NCBI RefSeq assembly: GCF_018350175.1
Contig: NC_058368.1
Span: forward strand, 166,782,001 to 166,846,000
Direction: 5' to 3'
Source of the DNA: Felis catus
Lineage: Eukaryota
DNA: 64,000 nucleotides
Part shown: in pieces, positions 1 to 13,470 of the stretch
Layout of the letters: each line of letters opens with the position of its first letter
Position numbering within the stretch: the first letter of the stretch is position 1
Program-made: the position numbers and the translations under genes
Notes under the pieces: model-generated
Told to the model about the DNA's origin: nothing
The model's input: the letters and a program-made list of their open reading frames with translations, nothing else
The model's database searches: none

Positions 1-445
1 ATAATATTAATCAGAATTCTCTAGGAGAAAAGAAGAGACAGAAAGATAAATAAAAGTAACACAAAGTTGGATAATTCATATGTCATAATTTTGGTGAGTA
101 TATAAATTATAAACTTCTAACAATAATAGTATTTTAAATGTGTAAAAATTGAATATGCTAACCGTCAATGTAGCCGGCATACAGTAAAATATAATATTAT
201 GGGACTCCAAGAAAATCTTGTCACTTATTTGTTAATATTTTAATTATTTCTGAAACAAATTAACATTTCTATTCAATAAACAGAATGAAAGAAGGGAAGA
301 AAATTACTGGCTTATTAGAAATTCTTATACTTTTGATTTTCTATGTATTGATATTGTAGATTATTTTTAACTATATATTTCTATATTCTGCACCCATTTT
401 GTAATTAGTATCCTATCTTTTACACTTAAAAATTATTAAATTTTA

Positions 446-648
446 GGGGTGCCTGGGTTGCTCAGGTGCTTAAGTGTCCAACGCTTGATTTCTGCTGATC
501 TCACAGTTCATGGGATCAAGCTCCACATCCAGTTCTGCCTTGATAGCATGGAGCCTGCTTGGATTCTCTTTCCCTCTCTCTCTGCCCCTTCCCTCCTTGC
601 ATGTGCACGTTCTCTCTCTCTCAAAATAATTAATAAAAATTTAAAAAT
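446..648 (+). mobile_element. Can-SINE (older SINEC), tRNA-derived
   Basis: GGGGTGCCTGGGT head, GGAGCCTGCTTGGATTCTC body, (CT)n and A-rich tail; degenerate TSD aaaaatt(a/g)tt(a/c)aatttta. Confidence 0.9.
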
Positions 649-1899
649 TGTTCAATTTTATAGTTGTAATATGGAAAGTTTACTATATTAAAAATTGGGG
701 GTAACCACAGAAATAATTTTGTCATGAGACTCTGGTGAGAAAGTTTCCCAAAGAGATCTCAAAGCTCTCAAGAAAAATTATCCCATAATTTATACCATAA
801 AATAATTATGGTGATTGTATGTTAAAAAATGAAAAAAAAAGATATATCTAAGCCTGAGATTTTTAAACACTACAGGTACCATCCCTATACAATGGTCAGG
901 AATTGTTATAGCTCCTTCTTCCTCTCCTTCTCTAAGAATCCCCAAATAGCCAAATAGGAGGAAATCTAAGTGAGGGCTAGAAATGAGGACAGATTGCTAC
1001 ACTTATATGCCCTGAACTTCAACTATGAGACTGGAGTGAAGCATGACAAAAATATTAGCACAGATTTTTGTCAGCTGACTAGAGAAATACCAGTATCTTA
1101 TCCAGAACTCCAACTCCAATCAATAATTTAGACAGAAGACCTAATGGCATGGTCTAAAGGATAAATGGAGACCATGCAACTTTAAATCTTTGGTTTTTGT
1201 TGTTTTTGTGTCTAAAAAAACAATGTGTTAAATAACGGTTCAATAGAAGGCCCACATTTTTGCTGAGGTTACAACAAATAGAAAGCTGAGAGTTGTACAG
1301 TGCCTCTCAGCACAGTGAGTTATGCCAGACTCAGGGAAAGCAACTAATATTGTTAGAAAACAAAAACAAGGCCTGGGGTGATCAAATCAAGTAATAAAGC
1401 AGCAGAAATAACTGCCCAAGACATAAATGTTAAGTATGAACAAATGTAACACAATTCAGGGCAGTGTCCCAAGTTGCTTGAAAAGTCCAGGAGCCCTCAT
1501 TCCTAGAAAACCAGCTGTTGATTCATTTTACCACAAGCAGGATCCTTCCTCATTGACAATCATTGCTGATGTAATTCAGAGACTGGTCAGAAAAGAAGCT
1601 CAACATTACATAGAAGATCCTATAATCAACAATCACTAAACACTGGAGTCAAAACGTTACTAAACAACAACACATTACAGAACCAAGACAAGAAAAATCA
1701 AGTTATTAATACAAACAGAAGAGAACTTTAAAGACACTACAATTAATACTTCAGAATGATAAAAATATTTCTTTATGAAACAAAAATAGATTGATGCACA
1801 AAAGGGACCATTCAAAAACTGAAAGCTAAAACTAAAAGACATGGAAGATTGATCCAGCATTCTCCAGTCTTCCTTTCTCAGTTAATGTCCCCATCATTT

Positions 1900-2780
1900 A
1901 TCCATTTGTTCAGCATAAATCTTAGGAATATGGCTTCATTTTTTGGATTATCTCCAGTCCACATCCAAACCATCAGAAAAGAGCTGTTAGCTCTACCTTC
2001 AGAACATAGTCATACCCATCCATTTATTACCATCTCCAATGTTAGCACAATAGTCCAAGACTTCATTATCTCTTACCTTGATTACTATTTAAGCCTACTA
2101 CCATTCTCCTTGTTTACACACTTGGCTATTACAGTAAATTCTCAACATAGCAGTAAAAATGATTGTTTTTCAAAGGACAGATAAAATTATAACAATCTTT
2201 AGCTATTTCTATTTATACTTTAATTGAACCCCTTGTTGTTCATCACTGTGAAATCCATGCAATCAATATCTTGTTGTTCATCATTGTGGAATCCATGCAA
2301 TATGACCCTTGACTGTCTATAATTTTGTTCCTATCCCTCTCTCCACCATTCACTGTGTATCAGCCACATTAGCCTTCTTTTGATCCCTTGTCTTAAAGCC
2401 TTTAAACTATGTCCCCTTGTACCATTCTTCCCCTGAATCCCCATGTGTTTGCTTTCTTCACATAACTGGAATTTTAGCTGAATTACGTACACTTCTTAAA
2501 GATACCAGACAAAGAAAGTTGAAACAGCCATCTCAGTCCCTCTCTATACCATTGTGACTTCTTCATTGTTCTTATCACTATCAGAAGTAACTTAACTTAT
2601 AGAATCCATGATCTATTCATCTTCTTCATCTTGGATTATAATTTGAATGCCAGGAAGACAAGAAAATGTCTCAATATCTATATTTCACGCCACTGAATCC
2701 CCAACCCCCTAGAATGAGAATCATTGACATAAAGTAAACAATTCAAAACTTTTCAATAAATTAAAGAAATGAATAAATTT
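1900..2780 (+). mobile_element. LINE-2 (L2a-like) 3' fragment
   Basis: L2-like motifs (ccacatccaaaccatcag, ctctaccttcagaa, gtccaagacttcattatctcttacctt) and an L2-type terminus ending gaatgaataaat-like. Confidence 0.7.
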
Positions 2781-3199
2781 TGGTAAATTTATAGGTGAGA
2801 AATGGCAATTTGCTATTTAAATGTGTGATTTTTATGCTCATTTAAAGCATTTATTTTTATTTTAGTTAAGGGGTGTCCACATTATTTGCATATTTTTTCA
2901 TCAGGCATTTGTCGTTTTCTTGTTGGTTTTTATGAATTACTTGTTAGGACTTTAATAGACTAGTGAAAAAATGTTCACTTTCTTATTTAATTCCTTTTTC
3001 ACTTGTGGAATATTCTTTGAAGAGGGAAAAACACATCAAGATTAATTGAAAACAGAAAAGCCTCCATGAGACTGGAGATGGAAAAATTGGAATTTTGATT
3101 TTCAAAAAGAAAAGCATTGATATTTTGAAAATCTGACTATTTACATCGATCTGAGGCACAAATTTAGAATTGATAGTTAGAAGAATGGGTTGCAAGCAA

Positions 3200-4400
3200 T
3201 GGGAAAAGAAAGCAGTGATTAGTACTATGGATTGACTAAATAAAAACCTTGTTAGACTAAATTAATTTTCTTTTTTGACAGGCTTACTAGACTGGAAAAT
3301 CAGAAAAATACAACGAACAAGAAATAATCAGATTTTGGTAAGAAATATAAGTTCTCATGATATCCTTATGAATACTAGGGAGAAATAGTAATTAAATGAT
3401 TTCACAATTAGATGAATTTGTATCTGATTTAACAACTATATCCATTTTCAATTAATGGATCACACTGATATTGGGGGGTATTTTCTTTCATCCTATGCTT
3501 TAAGACAATATTTTATCCATTGACTTAAACAAGGATCTTTAATGTATATTGACTAAATTACTCAATCAATGAAGCTGGGATAGAAGGAAAAATTACACCA
3601 GAATCTACAAAATAATAATAATAATAATCACTGAGCCATGAAAATGTAAAAAAAAATCCATTCTGATCTCAAGTTACATGAATAGAAACATATTATCTGC
3701 AATGAATGCTGTGCTATTTCTGATCTCTTCTGGTCAGATTTCTTGAAGAACTGTGTTCAGTTCTGGGCAGTAAGATTTAAGAAAATGTGAAAAATAAATA
3801 AATACAACTATTAATAAAAATAGCAATGATAATAAACTAGATAAGAAACTGGGATCAAGCTGCTATAGGAAAATAAAAATCATATAATATATAGCAGGTC
3901 TCCAGGCTGAAGGAAAGAGTATTGAAGAAAGACATTTTAATTGTTTCACACATTTGAAAGTTTTTTAAATACAAAGAGATAAGACCTATTTGAAACTCTA
4001 AAAAAAAAAAAAAAAGAAGAAGAAGAAGAATAGCAAGTGGGTTTAAATGAGAAAGATTTCGGGGCGCCTGGGTGGCGCAGTTGGTTAAGCGTCCGACTTC
4101 AGCCAGGTCACGATCTCGCAGTCCGGGAGTTCAGGCCCCGCGTCAGGCTCTGGGCTGCTGGCTCAGAGCCTGGAGCCTGTTTCCGATTCTGTGTCTCCCT
4201 CTCTCTCTGCCCCTCCCCCGTTCATGCTCTGTCTCTCTCTGTCCCAAAAATAAATAAACGTTGAAAAAAAATTTTTAAATGAGAAAGATTTCTATTATAT
4301 ATAAAAATCATTTTAATGTTGATAATTCCTTGAAGATGTAAAGATCACCTCCTGGGAGGTGTTCAAAGCAGAGACTAAGATCAAGATAGCAGAAATGTTA
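3200..4400 (+). mobile_element. CR1/L3 LINE ORF2 remnant, split by a young SINE
   Basis: Decayed CR1 RT sequence (atggattgactaaa...gactaaattaattttcttttttgacaggcttactagactgg, similar to GFTK..QTNLISFFDRVTRL) and a CR1-type 3' end (ctgggaggtgttcaaagcagag). Confidence 0.7.
4061..4276 (+). mobile_element. Young felid Can-SINE (SINEC_Fc type)
   Basis: CpG-rich GGGGCGCCTGGGTGGCGCAG...CAGCCAGGTCACGATCTCGC; exact TSD aaatgagaaagatttc at 4045-4060 and 4277-4292. Confidence 0.97.
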
Positions 4401-4492
4401 TCTTGGGATACAGGCCTGTATAGTTGTTGGACTATCCATCTGTTGCAAATTCACTACTACAAAGAGCTGTATGTGAAGTCAGTCTAATGGGT

Positions 4493-4652
4493 CTTTTTTT
4501 TAAATTAATTTATTTAAATTCAAATTAGTTAACATATGATATAATATTGGTTTCCAAGAGTAGAACCCAGTGATTCATCACTTAAATGTAACACCCAGTG
4601 ATCATCCCAACAAGTACCCTTCTTAATGCCCATAACCCATTTAACCCATCCC
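4493..4652 (-). mobile_element. Short 3'-terminal carnivore L1 insertion
   Basis: Reverse complement of the same L1 3' UTR seen at 15875 and 55340; poly-T; TSD aatggg(t/c)ctttttt. Confidence 0.85.
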
Positions 4653-5072
4653 TGCAAATGGGCCTTTTTTAAACAAAATTATTATACAACCTACCAATTG
4701 AAGTTGAACATTATTAATTAACAATTTTTGCAGTGAAGCTTAGGCTGTTTTCAGTTAAGTTTAAGAAAATTTAAATTGTTGTTTTTCTTGTGTATTTAGA
4801 GCTATAATCATTGGGCCAAGGAATCTATTGTTATGAGTAAATTTACATAAAATCTTCTGTTTTGGATAAAGAGAGGAGGACAAAGTATGGGAATGAGGCC
4901 AAAAGAATGAGAAAAGGATTATTATGTTTTTTTTCTTTTCTCTGAATATCCAACTCAGCCACAGAGGTTGTTTGTATTCCACTATGTAGGTAGGCAGAAG
5001 GTAAAGGAAATGTTTTCAGAGAAGCATATTTTTTAATTGAGGTAAAATTTACAAACGATGAATATATGGTCC

Positions 5073-5260
5073 GAGGTGCCTGGATGTCTCAGTCGGTTAA
5101 GTGGCAACACGATTTCAGCTTAGGTTACGATACCTGGGTCATGGGATTGAAACCCACATTGGGCTCTGAGCTGAGCATGGAGCCTGCTTAAGATTCTCTC
5201 TCTCCCCTTCCTTCTGGCCCTTTCTCCTGCTTGTGCACTCTCTCTGTATATAAAATGAAA
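5073..5260 (+). mobile_element. Can-SINE
   Basis: ggtgcctggatgtctcagtcggttaag head; gcatggagcctgcttaagattctctc body. Confidence 0.88.
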
Positions 5261-5268
5261 TTTTTGGT

Positions 5269-5270
<2 letters not shown>

Positions 5271-5304
<34 letters not shown>
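5271..5304. repeat. (GT)n microsatellite
   Basis: Direct observation. Confidence 0.95.
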
Positions 5305-5306
<2 letters not shown>

Positions 5307-7599
5307 TTCTATGAGTCTTGACAAATGCATAAAATTGAATATCTACAACCACAATCGAGGTATAGTCCATAACCCCCAAAACATCCTTCCTGCCACTTTT
5401 GTAGTCAGCCATTTTCTTTAGTAGCCCCTGGCAAATACTTACCTGTTCTTTGTACCCATAGTTTTGCCTTTTCTAGAATATCATATTAATTAAATCATAC
5501 AGGATGTCGCCTCTTGAGTCTTGTTTCTTCATAAACATCATTATAATGACTGCAAGAAAATTGGTGCCTTTAAAGTCTGTTGTTTGCGCTGCATTGAAAT
5601 ATCATAATCAGGAGAAATACAGCAGAATGATGGGGACAAGTTGATACAATCAGTCAACACTGGAGACGTGGGAGTAAAACAACAATAATGTGATGTTTAA
5701 GATCGGTACTGAACAAGTGTGACATACTCCCTAAGGAGTCTCAACAATACCTAGTAAGACTTTTCAGGGGGATGAAATCCTGTTGTTGTGCAGGTAGAAG
5801 ATAACACCTGAGTGGAATTTTCTGTAACTATTCCATATTGACGTTAATGTGACCTCATTTATATCTCTTGGTTGATGAGTCTTAGGAACTTTAGGTTACA
5901 AAAGCATACCAAAATTGGTTTAAATAAATAAATAAATAAATACCAAACTCATAAACTAAATATTTTATCAACTGGAATGTTGAAAATAATGCTGACAATC
6001 TGAGAAAGATATAAATATACTGCATTTGTTCCAAAACTCAAGATGAAGGAGTTCAAAGAAAGAAAGCAGGAACTATATGTGGCCATGGACCAGATAGAAA
6101 TAGATTAGTGGAAGGAAGGAAGTTGTTAAGTAAATGGTTCTATTCTAAGAAGTTGCCATCAGACTTCTTTTTTAACCATGGTCATTGGTCAGGTTCATTC
6201 TAGTGAATTTCAAGACACTAGATAAATTCAAGGATGCGCTGAAATCATATAGTTATTCACAGTGATGTAAATAGAAAGAGTTTACTCAGAAAAAAAAGTT
6301 TAGTCAAACTTCTCAAATGCTCAATCAGAGGTTTTTTTAGGGTTTTTATTCAAATACACTCAATAGTGACATGTTTTTTCTTTAAAGAGACACTATTTGG
6401 AAATGAGGATTTCTTGTTTGCTTGTTTTGGTTTGTTTGTTGTTTATTTGTTTTTAATGATAGTGAAGGCTGGTTAATAACTCAGTTTTGCTCAGCCATAA
6501 AGTCTTACATTTAATATGTACTCATTACATATTTCTTGGATGAATAGTAAAAATCATTTTTAGTTTGCTTGTGAAAGATATTGAATCTGTGAAACAAAGT
6601 TTTCTACCAAAGGTCTTGGCCTTACTCTAGAAAATAATTTCTTAGGCTAAATTCTAAGATAATTTGGCCCCAGATAAGTACAGATCTAGTCAGAAGCATC
6701 TTGTCTTATTTTTAGTACAGAACTGTGATTCTACACATCCCTTTTGAAGGCAATAGAGGAGTAGGTACAATTGGTGGAAAAGGAGAATGTGTCTCATGCT
6801 TTAGGACTTTAAGGAAGATGAATTATTCAGTCAGTATGTCTGCCCTCCATGCTCCTTCTTCTCACAGATTCACTTGCTACAGAACATGTTTAGACACAAA
6901 CTCACCCAACATGTTTTTATTGCTGCTCCAACTGTTTTCCAAGACTCTAGGGGAACTTCAAAAGACACTGTCTTATTATGGCAAGGAATTTTCCTTCTGT
7001 CCAAAATTTTGTTACCCTTTTACCCATGGGGAGGTGTTACACAGAGAAATTGTTTCTTACTTGCTCCTGTGTTTGGATGCTACTCCTCTTCCTTTGGCTC
7101 TTAATAGGAATTTAAATCGATAGTGTATCACATGACAAGTAATTCATAGCCCCATCTCTGTAAGGCCTCATGTTGACTGACCTAAACTATGCTATTCTTC
7201 AACCAAAAAAATTTTTGACAAACTTGAGAACCCTTCAGTGAATAGAGATAGGTGAGGGCTTTATTTCCTATCCTCAAAACGCAGAGGTGTACTACAATGA
7301 AAGTAAACATTTGATAGGTTCCCATTAAAGAGAAATATTTACAACAAAAGGTGAATTAAAGAAACCCTGCACCTTTTTGTAGTTTTGAAAAATTTCCTTC
7401 CTATTCTAGGTCCTTTAAGATATCTTAAATGGAAGACTGAAGGCAATAATCTTCCCAGAGCAGTCACACTGGCTTGGTGGTCAGGACAGGAAGAAGCATT
7501 CTCTTGCAGTTGAGAGACTGAGCTCTCAAAAGATGAAATTAGAGAACTGAATTCTTATCCAAGGGCAGAAAAGACTGCAATATTCTAAATCAATCTAAC

Positions 7600-8760
7600 G
7601 TAAATACTAAATACTTAACCTGGTAAAGACATTAAAACTAACTTTATACTTAATGGTGAAAGTCAAAATGCTGTCCACATAAAATTGGGGGAAAAGCAAA
7701 ATGTTGACTCTCAACATTTTTAATACTAAAAATGTAGCTTATGAAATACGGTAAGAAAAAGACATAAAAGACACACAGATTGGACAGGAAGAAATAAAAC
7801 TATCTCTATAGTTAGAGATGGTATGCTTGTAGAAAATCACAAGGAATCTACAATAGTAGACCTAGAAATAGAACTAGTGAGATCACAGGATACAAAATTG
7901 GTATTCAAAAAATTAATAGCATTTCTCTATGCCACTAATGAGCATGAGAAATACAGCAATTAAAAGAAGAAATACCACTTACAATTACATCAAACACAAT
8001 GAAAAACTTAGATACGCATTTGAAAAAATATGTACAGGGTATGTATGTTAAAATTACAAAATGCAGATGGAAGAAATCAAAGAAAACCTAAATAAATGGA
8101 GAAATATACAGAGTTCATGCACTGGGAGATTCAACATAATAAAAATTCTCCCCAAATGGACTTATGAGTTTTTATTTTCTTTTGTTTTTGTTTTTGAGAG
8201 AGAAAGTGCAGAGAAGGGGCAGAGAGAGAAAAGGAGAGAGAGAATCCTAAGCAGGTTCCATGCTGGAGCCTGACAAAGGACCTAATGCCATGCCCTGAGA
8301 TCATGATCTGAGGTTAAATCAAGACTCAGACACATAACTGACTAAACTATCCAGACACCCCATAGTTTTACGTGTTTAAGACAATCTCTACAAAAATCCC
8401 AACAGATTTTTATACACATAGAGAATTCTAATATTTACATTGAAATTTATAAGCTCTAGAATAGATCTAATTATCTTGACATAACAATAAGTGGAAAAAT
8501 CACTTTGCTTGATATTTAAAGTCTACTATGTAGCTGCAGTCATCAAGACATTGTGCTTCTGGCAGAGAAATAAACACATAGATCCACATAATGGAATAGG
8601 ATACCCAGTAATAGCCCACACAAATGTGCTCAACTGATTTTAGGAAGGTTAAAAAAACAACAAAAGACAATTCATTGTAAGGCTGCCTTTTCAACAAGTG
8701 GTACTAAAAACAACTGGCCAACCAGAGGCAAAAAATGGACCTCAACTTAAATCTCACAGC
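7600..8760 (+). mobile_element. Old L1M ORF2 fragment, interrupted by a SINE
   Basis: atacttaatggtgaaa, ggaagaaataaaactatctcta, [21 protein letters not shown] (ORF 8061), cacaaatgtgctcaactgatttt, ttttcaacaagtggtact. Confidence 0.85.
8169..8361 (-). mobile_element. Can-SINE
   Basis: T-rich tail, gagagagaatcctaagcagg, gagatcatgatctgag, ends ccagacacccc. Confidence 0.85.
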
Positions 8761-8769
8761 TTATTTATC

Positions 8770-8945
8770 TTTGGCTCAGGTCGTGATCTCCTGGTTCGTG
8801 GGTTCAAGCCCTGCATCGGGCTTTGTGCTGGCAGCTCAGAGCCTGGAGCCTGCTGCCTGTTTCAGAGTCTGTGTCTCCCTCTCTCTCTGCCCCTCCCCCA
8901 CTTGCACTCTGTCTCTCTCTCTCTCAAAAATAAACATTAAAAAAT
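8770..8945 (+). mobile_element. 5'-truncated felid Can-SINE
   Basis: ggctcaggtcgtgatctc...cagagcctggagcctgct...(CT)n caaaaataaacattaaaaaa. Confidence 0.88.
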
Positions 8946-10214
8946 AATAAATACAGTAAAAAATACACCATTCATGATAAACCCGCTAAAAATATGAATT
9001 CTTTATATGGATGCAGAATTTCTTCCACTTCTTTTCAGAAATAAAGGTATATTATTTCTGAAATATAATTATCATCTAGAAACATCAAATTATCACATTA
9101 ATATTCAAATAATAATATATTAATTTGATAAGGCTAAATATCAAATATTTATGTTAATTTGATAAAAACTTTTCAAATTCAGATATGCTATTTTTGAGTT
9201 TAAAATAAACATTTATAATTTTATTTGCAAAATGTTTTGCCTTAGCTAATTACTATATCTAATGAATCTAATGAAAATTGGGGTTGAATCCAACCAATAA
9301 AAAAGGAAAAGAAAAAATATCTATCTCTAAACCTACTAGGAATTATCATTACTTTGAAAAGGAAGTTTATTTTAGATAAAATTCCATATATTGGGAGAGG
9401 GGAAGAAACAACACAAATATTTGCAGCAAAGCATAACAAATATTACCTGAGGCAATGTCACTACTAATTCTATTTTTGAAGAAAAAAAATAATTTAGAAT
9501 GATTACCTTATCTGGAATTTGTCAAGATAACTAATTTTTAAAACACCCCTAAATATTTATGTCCTCACAGTCTGTAGTATGTATACCATATATCAAATGG
9601 AGTAATCAAACAATTTTGTTTAACAACCAAGATCTTCAGATTTGAAAGGTCACTCAATTCACACTGAAATCCTTACATACCGCTCTCAAGCTGTCATGTA
9701 AATTGGGCTTGAACACCTTAAGTAAAGAGAATTCCATGTCCCAGGACAGACAGTTACATTTTAGGCCAGGCATGAAATTAGAAATTTAGATATATAATGA
9801 GTAAAACCTGTGTCCCTCTAACTTCCACTCATCAGATACTATTTCTCCCTCATGGAGTGCATTCTTAAAAAGCTTTAATCTTCTTCCACGTGACACATGT
9901 ATTTGAAAAAGCTTTTATTTCTCACCTTCTAGTCATTAGGTTAAACATCAACTGCTCCTCAAAGTGTGCTTTGTATTATATAATTCCAGTGCCTTTGACC
10001 ATCATGGAGACAAACCTCTGAGCAGATTTCAATTAGTGTAGAGTCCGTTTAAATTATGAAACCCAAAAGTGAATGCATTATTGCAGGTAAGAATGAAGGA
10101 TCGCTCAGTGTTATCATTACCCTCACACAAGAGATTTCTCAAAATGCAACTAACTATGGCCATCTTTTAAACATAATATCAGACTCCGATTTATATCAGA
10201 TCTCTTCATTAATT

Positions 10215-10900
10215 TTTTGACACCCCATATGCACATAGCCAATAAATCTCATCAGCTCTTCCTTCAAATACATTCGAAATCCACAGCAATTTCCCACTGT
10301 GATTTAATGGTGAGAAATGGAACTATCTCATCTTGTTTCAGGGCATCATCTGTCACCAGACCATTGCAACAATCTCTTATCTGGTTTGTTTCAAATCTTG
10401 TCCATTACGATCCATTCTCCATACAGTGCCAGAGTGTTAAAGTAGGCCTTAAAGTAACTTTTTTTTTTAATTTTTTTTCAACATTTATTTATTTTTGGGA
10501 CAGAGAGAGACAGAGCATGAACGGGGGAGGGGCAGAGAGAGAGGGAGACACAGAATCGGAGACAGGCTCCAGGCTCTGAGCCATCAGCCCAGAGCCCGAC
10601 GCGGGGCTCGAACTCACGGACCGCGAGATCGTGACCTGGCTGAAGTCGGACGCTTAACCGACTGCGCCACCCAGGCGCCCCTAAAGTAGGCCTTAAAAAG
10701 AAGCCAGATCATATCTCTCCCCTACTCAAAATCTTCCAATGTTTTTTTGTCTCACTTTGGATTGGATTTGGATTTGGATTTTCCATTTCTACTAAAATAT
10801 AAGCTCTATGAGGGAAGGGATTTTTGTCTATTTAATGATGTATCACCAATCCTTAGAATCACGTCAGGCACTTCATAATTCTTCATAAATAATAATTAAT
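10215..10900 (+). mobile_element. LINE-2 fragment split by a young SINE
   Basis: cagctcttccttcaaata, ccattctccatacagtgccagag, cagatcatatctctcccctactcaaaatcttccaatg, aagctctatgagggaaggga. Confidence 0.7.
10459..10681 (-). mobile_element. Young felid Can-SINE (SINEC_Fc type)
   Basis: Near-consensus and CpG-rich; flanking direct repeat taaagtaggccttaaa. Confidence 0.97.
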
Positions 10901-11246
10901 CTTGGCTAAGGCAATAAAATCATTTTCACAATTGCTGTAATACCTAATCCATAGCTCTTGCAACTGCTATCCTAGATTTCATTGTAGGACCATGTTGAGC
11001 TTCATCTTGTATATAGAATAATACCTTAAAAAATGTAAGACAATCAAAATGCACATGGACTAATGAGATAATTAGCTAACTGGATAAGATGCAAAACCCA
11101 GTATATTGTCATTATTGTAATAAAAATAAATTATGAAATACAATGGAGGAATACTCTCATGATATTAAAATATATATAATTAGCCTAGCAAGAAACTTTA
11201 AAACAAATATACTAACATATCAAAAGCACTATAAAATTGTACTTAT

Positions 11247-11480
11247 GGGGGCACCTGGGTGACTCGGACAGTTAACCGACTTCGGCTCAGGTCATGGTCT
11301 CACAGTTCGTGCGTTCTAGCCCCACATCGGGCTCTGTCCTGACAGCTCAGATCCTGGATCCTGTTTTGGATTCTGTGTCTCCCTTTCTCTCTGCCCCTCC
11401 CCTGCTCACGCTCTGTCTGTCTGTCTGTCTCTCTCTCTCTCCCTCTCTCTCTCTCAAAAATAAATAAACATTTAAAAAAA
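11247..11480 (+). mobile_element. Felid Can-SINE
   Basis: ggggcacctgggtg head, gattctgtgtctccc, (CT)/(CTGT) tract; TSD aaaa(t/a)tgtactta. Confidence 0.93.
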
Positions 11481-11779
11481 GGACATCCTTTAAAAAAATG
11501 TACTTAAGCATAAAATAACTTTCATAAATGGAAAAATCTGACATGTTCTCTGATTAATACTATACAGGTGTCAATTTTTCCACAATTAATTTATAACTCA
11601 CATGAAAAAAAAAAGCCCTTGTACTCAGGAATGCTCAAGATAATATGGAGAAATCTGTTTATTTGGGGGGGGGGATTAGCTTCTAGAATATTAGCTTAAT
11701 GTAAGTTTTGGAAAAAATGTTTAAGTTTAATGAATTAAACCAAGGAAGACCAGTCCAGGCCAACCAGATGGCAATGGAC

Positions 11780-12028
11780 TTTTTTTTTTTTTATTATTTT
11801 TTTTTTTATTTAAAATTTTTTTTTTCAATGTTTATTTATTTTTGGGACAGAGAGAGACAGAGCATGAACGGGGGAGGGGCAGAGAGAGAGGGAGACACAG
11901 AATCGGAAGCAGGCTCCAGGCTCTGAGCCATCAGCCCAGAGCCTGACGCGGGGCTCGAACTCACGTATCGCGAGATCGTGACCTGGCTGAAGTCGGACGC
12001 TTAACCGACTGCGCCACCCAGGCGCCCC
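11780..12028 (-). mobile_element. Young felid Can-SINE (SINEC_Fc type) with a long A-tail
   Basis: Near-consensus and CpG-rich; about 50-nt T-rich tail; TSD tggactttt. Confidence 0.97.
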
Positions 12029-13310
12029 TGGACTTTTATTGTTTAACCAAGAGAAACATAATTAAATTTTAAAAATCATTATTTTAATTATCATCATTAC
12101 CATCTTTTTAGCTTATAATTATCTTTTAGTTCATAATCTTTCAACCAATAAATAAATATCCTTTCCACTTGCACACAATAAGCATAATTTATGACCATAC
12201 TCTCAAAGCGTCTTAATACTTTGCTCAACAATATTTATTTATTTTTCTGTCTAATGTGCTGCAGTGCAAATTTTTGACAAAATGTTAATTATGACAATCT
12301 TTCATAAGGCTCTTTATTATAAATTTTCTTTCAAATTGATACTTACTGCATATTCTTCAGAATAAAGCTTAAAGCATGGTTTTCCCTTCAGATATTCCTG
12401 TCATATTTTCTATACTGTTTTAAAGTACCTTACATGTAATATTAATGCAATACACAATAGTTTAATTTTTATATAATCTGTCATTTCTCCATATTGTCGA
12501 TAAACATTTTATAAGAAGTTGTCTCAAACTCCTGACTAATGTTGAGACAGTATTTTTTACCACATTTCTAATTTAATAATACATGAATTGTATAAGATAT
12601 TGATGCAGTTACTCTAAAATAGCTTGTTCTTTGCCCATTCACATGGATCTTAGTTATCACAGATTCATTTTTCATGTTATCCTGAAGCATCCTTTTAACA
12701 ATATCTTCTGAGCTCTTCCCCTATATTGACTTGAAGCTCACCAGTCACTTCGTTTTCTGGTTATTTGATTTGGTTTACTGCCCATCTTCTGGAACCTCTC
12801 CCGGTCTCCGTATCTCTCCAAAGCTCTGGCAGTGCTTCACTAATCTCATTTAAGTATACTTACAGTGCCCTGAGCTGTAATTGCAAACTTTATTTGATTA
12901 AGCTTTGTTTTAATTGTTTCATCTTGGCTTTCATATTCCTCTTTCATGACTTGCTGGATATACGCTTCATTTCAAGTTTATGTTATGGTCACACCAACTT
13001 GACAGATACTATCAGAACTTGCATTCCTTTAGGAAGTTCATGTAAAATTACATAGCGAATTTTTATAACAATACTTCTATTTAAAAATATCTTCAGAGGA
13101 CTTAATCCATTTACAGGAAACGAAGTACTTGAATGTCTAGAAATGCCAATTTTATGGACTCCATCTTATTAAAGGATTTTGCCCAGCCTCTATTTTTGCC
13201 ATACATGAAACCCTTGTGTTATCTGTGTGATGACCATGAGAATAAAGTTTAAAACTGTTTTTTTCCTTTTATATATTTCCATCACATCTCCTTTATCACT
13301 TTACAATGTC

Positions 13311-13470
13311 ATATATATATATGTATATATATATGTGATCACATATATATATACATGTACATATATACACATATACATATCACATATATATAGTGATCAG
13401 ATATATACATATATATACACACAACATACATGTATACATATATACACAACATACATGTATATATGTACAC
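13311..13470. repeat. (TA)n/(TACA)n low-complexity repeat
   Basis: Direct observation. Confidence 0.9.

Larger units (their letters stand above)
5030..5530 (-). mobile_element. Old L1M 3' UTR fragment interrupted by a SINE and (GT)n
   Basis: ttaattgaggtaaaatttac, cccctggcaa and gttttgccttttctagaat..cata motifs typical of L1MB/MC 3' ends. Confidence 0.75.

Noticed and set aside
4037..4264. ORFs overlapping Can-SINEs (also 8698, 10495, 11708, 13835, 24898, 56105 and others)
   Set aside because: Translations of SINE bodies and (CT)n tracts; similar peptides recur at each copy.
6725..7123. 132-aa ORF
   Set aside because: Non-ATG start and no recognisable homology.
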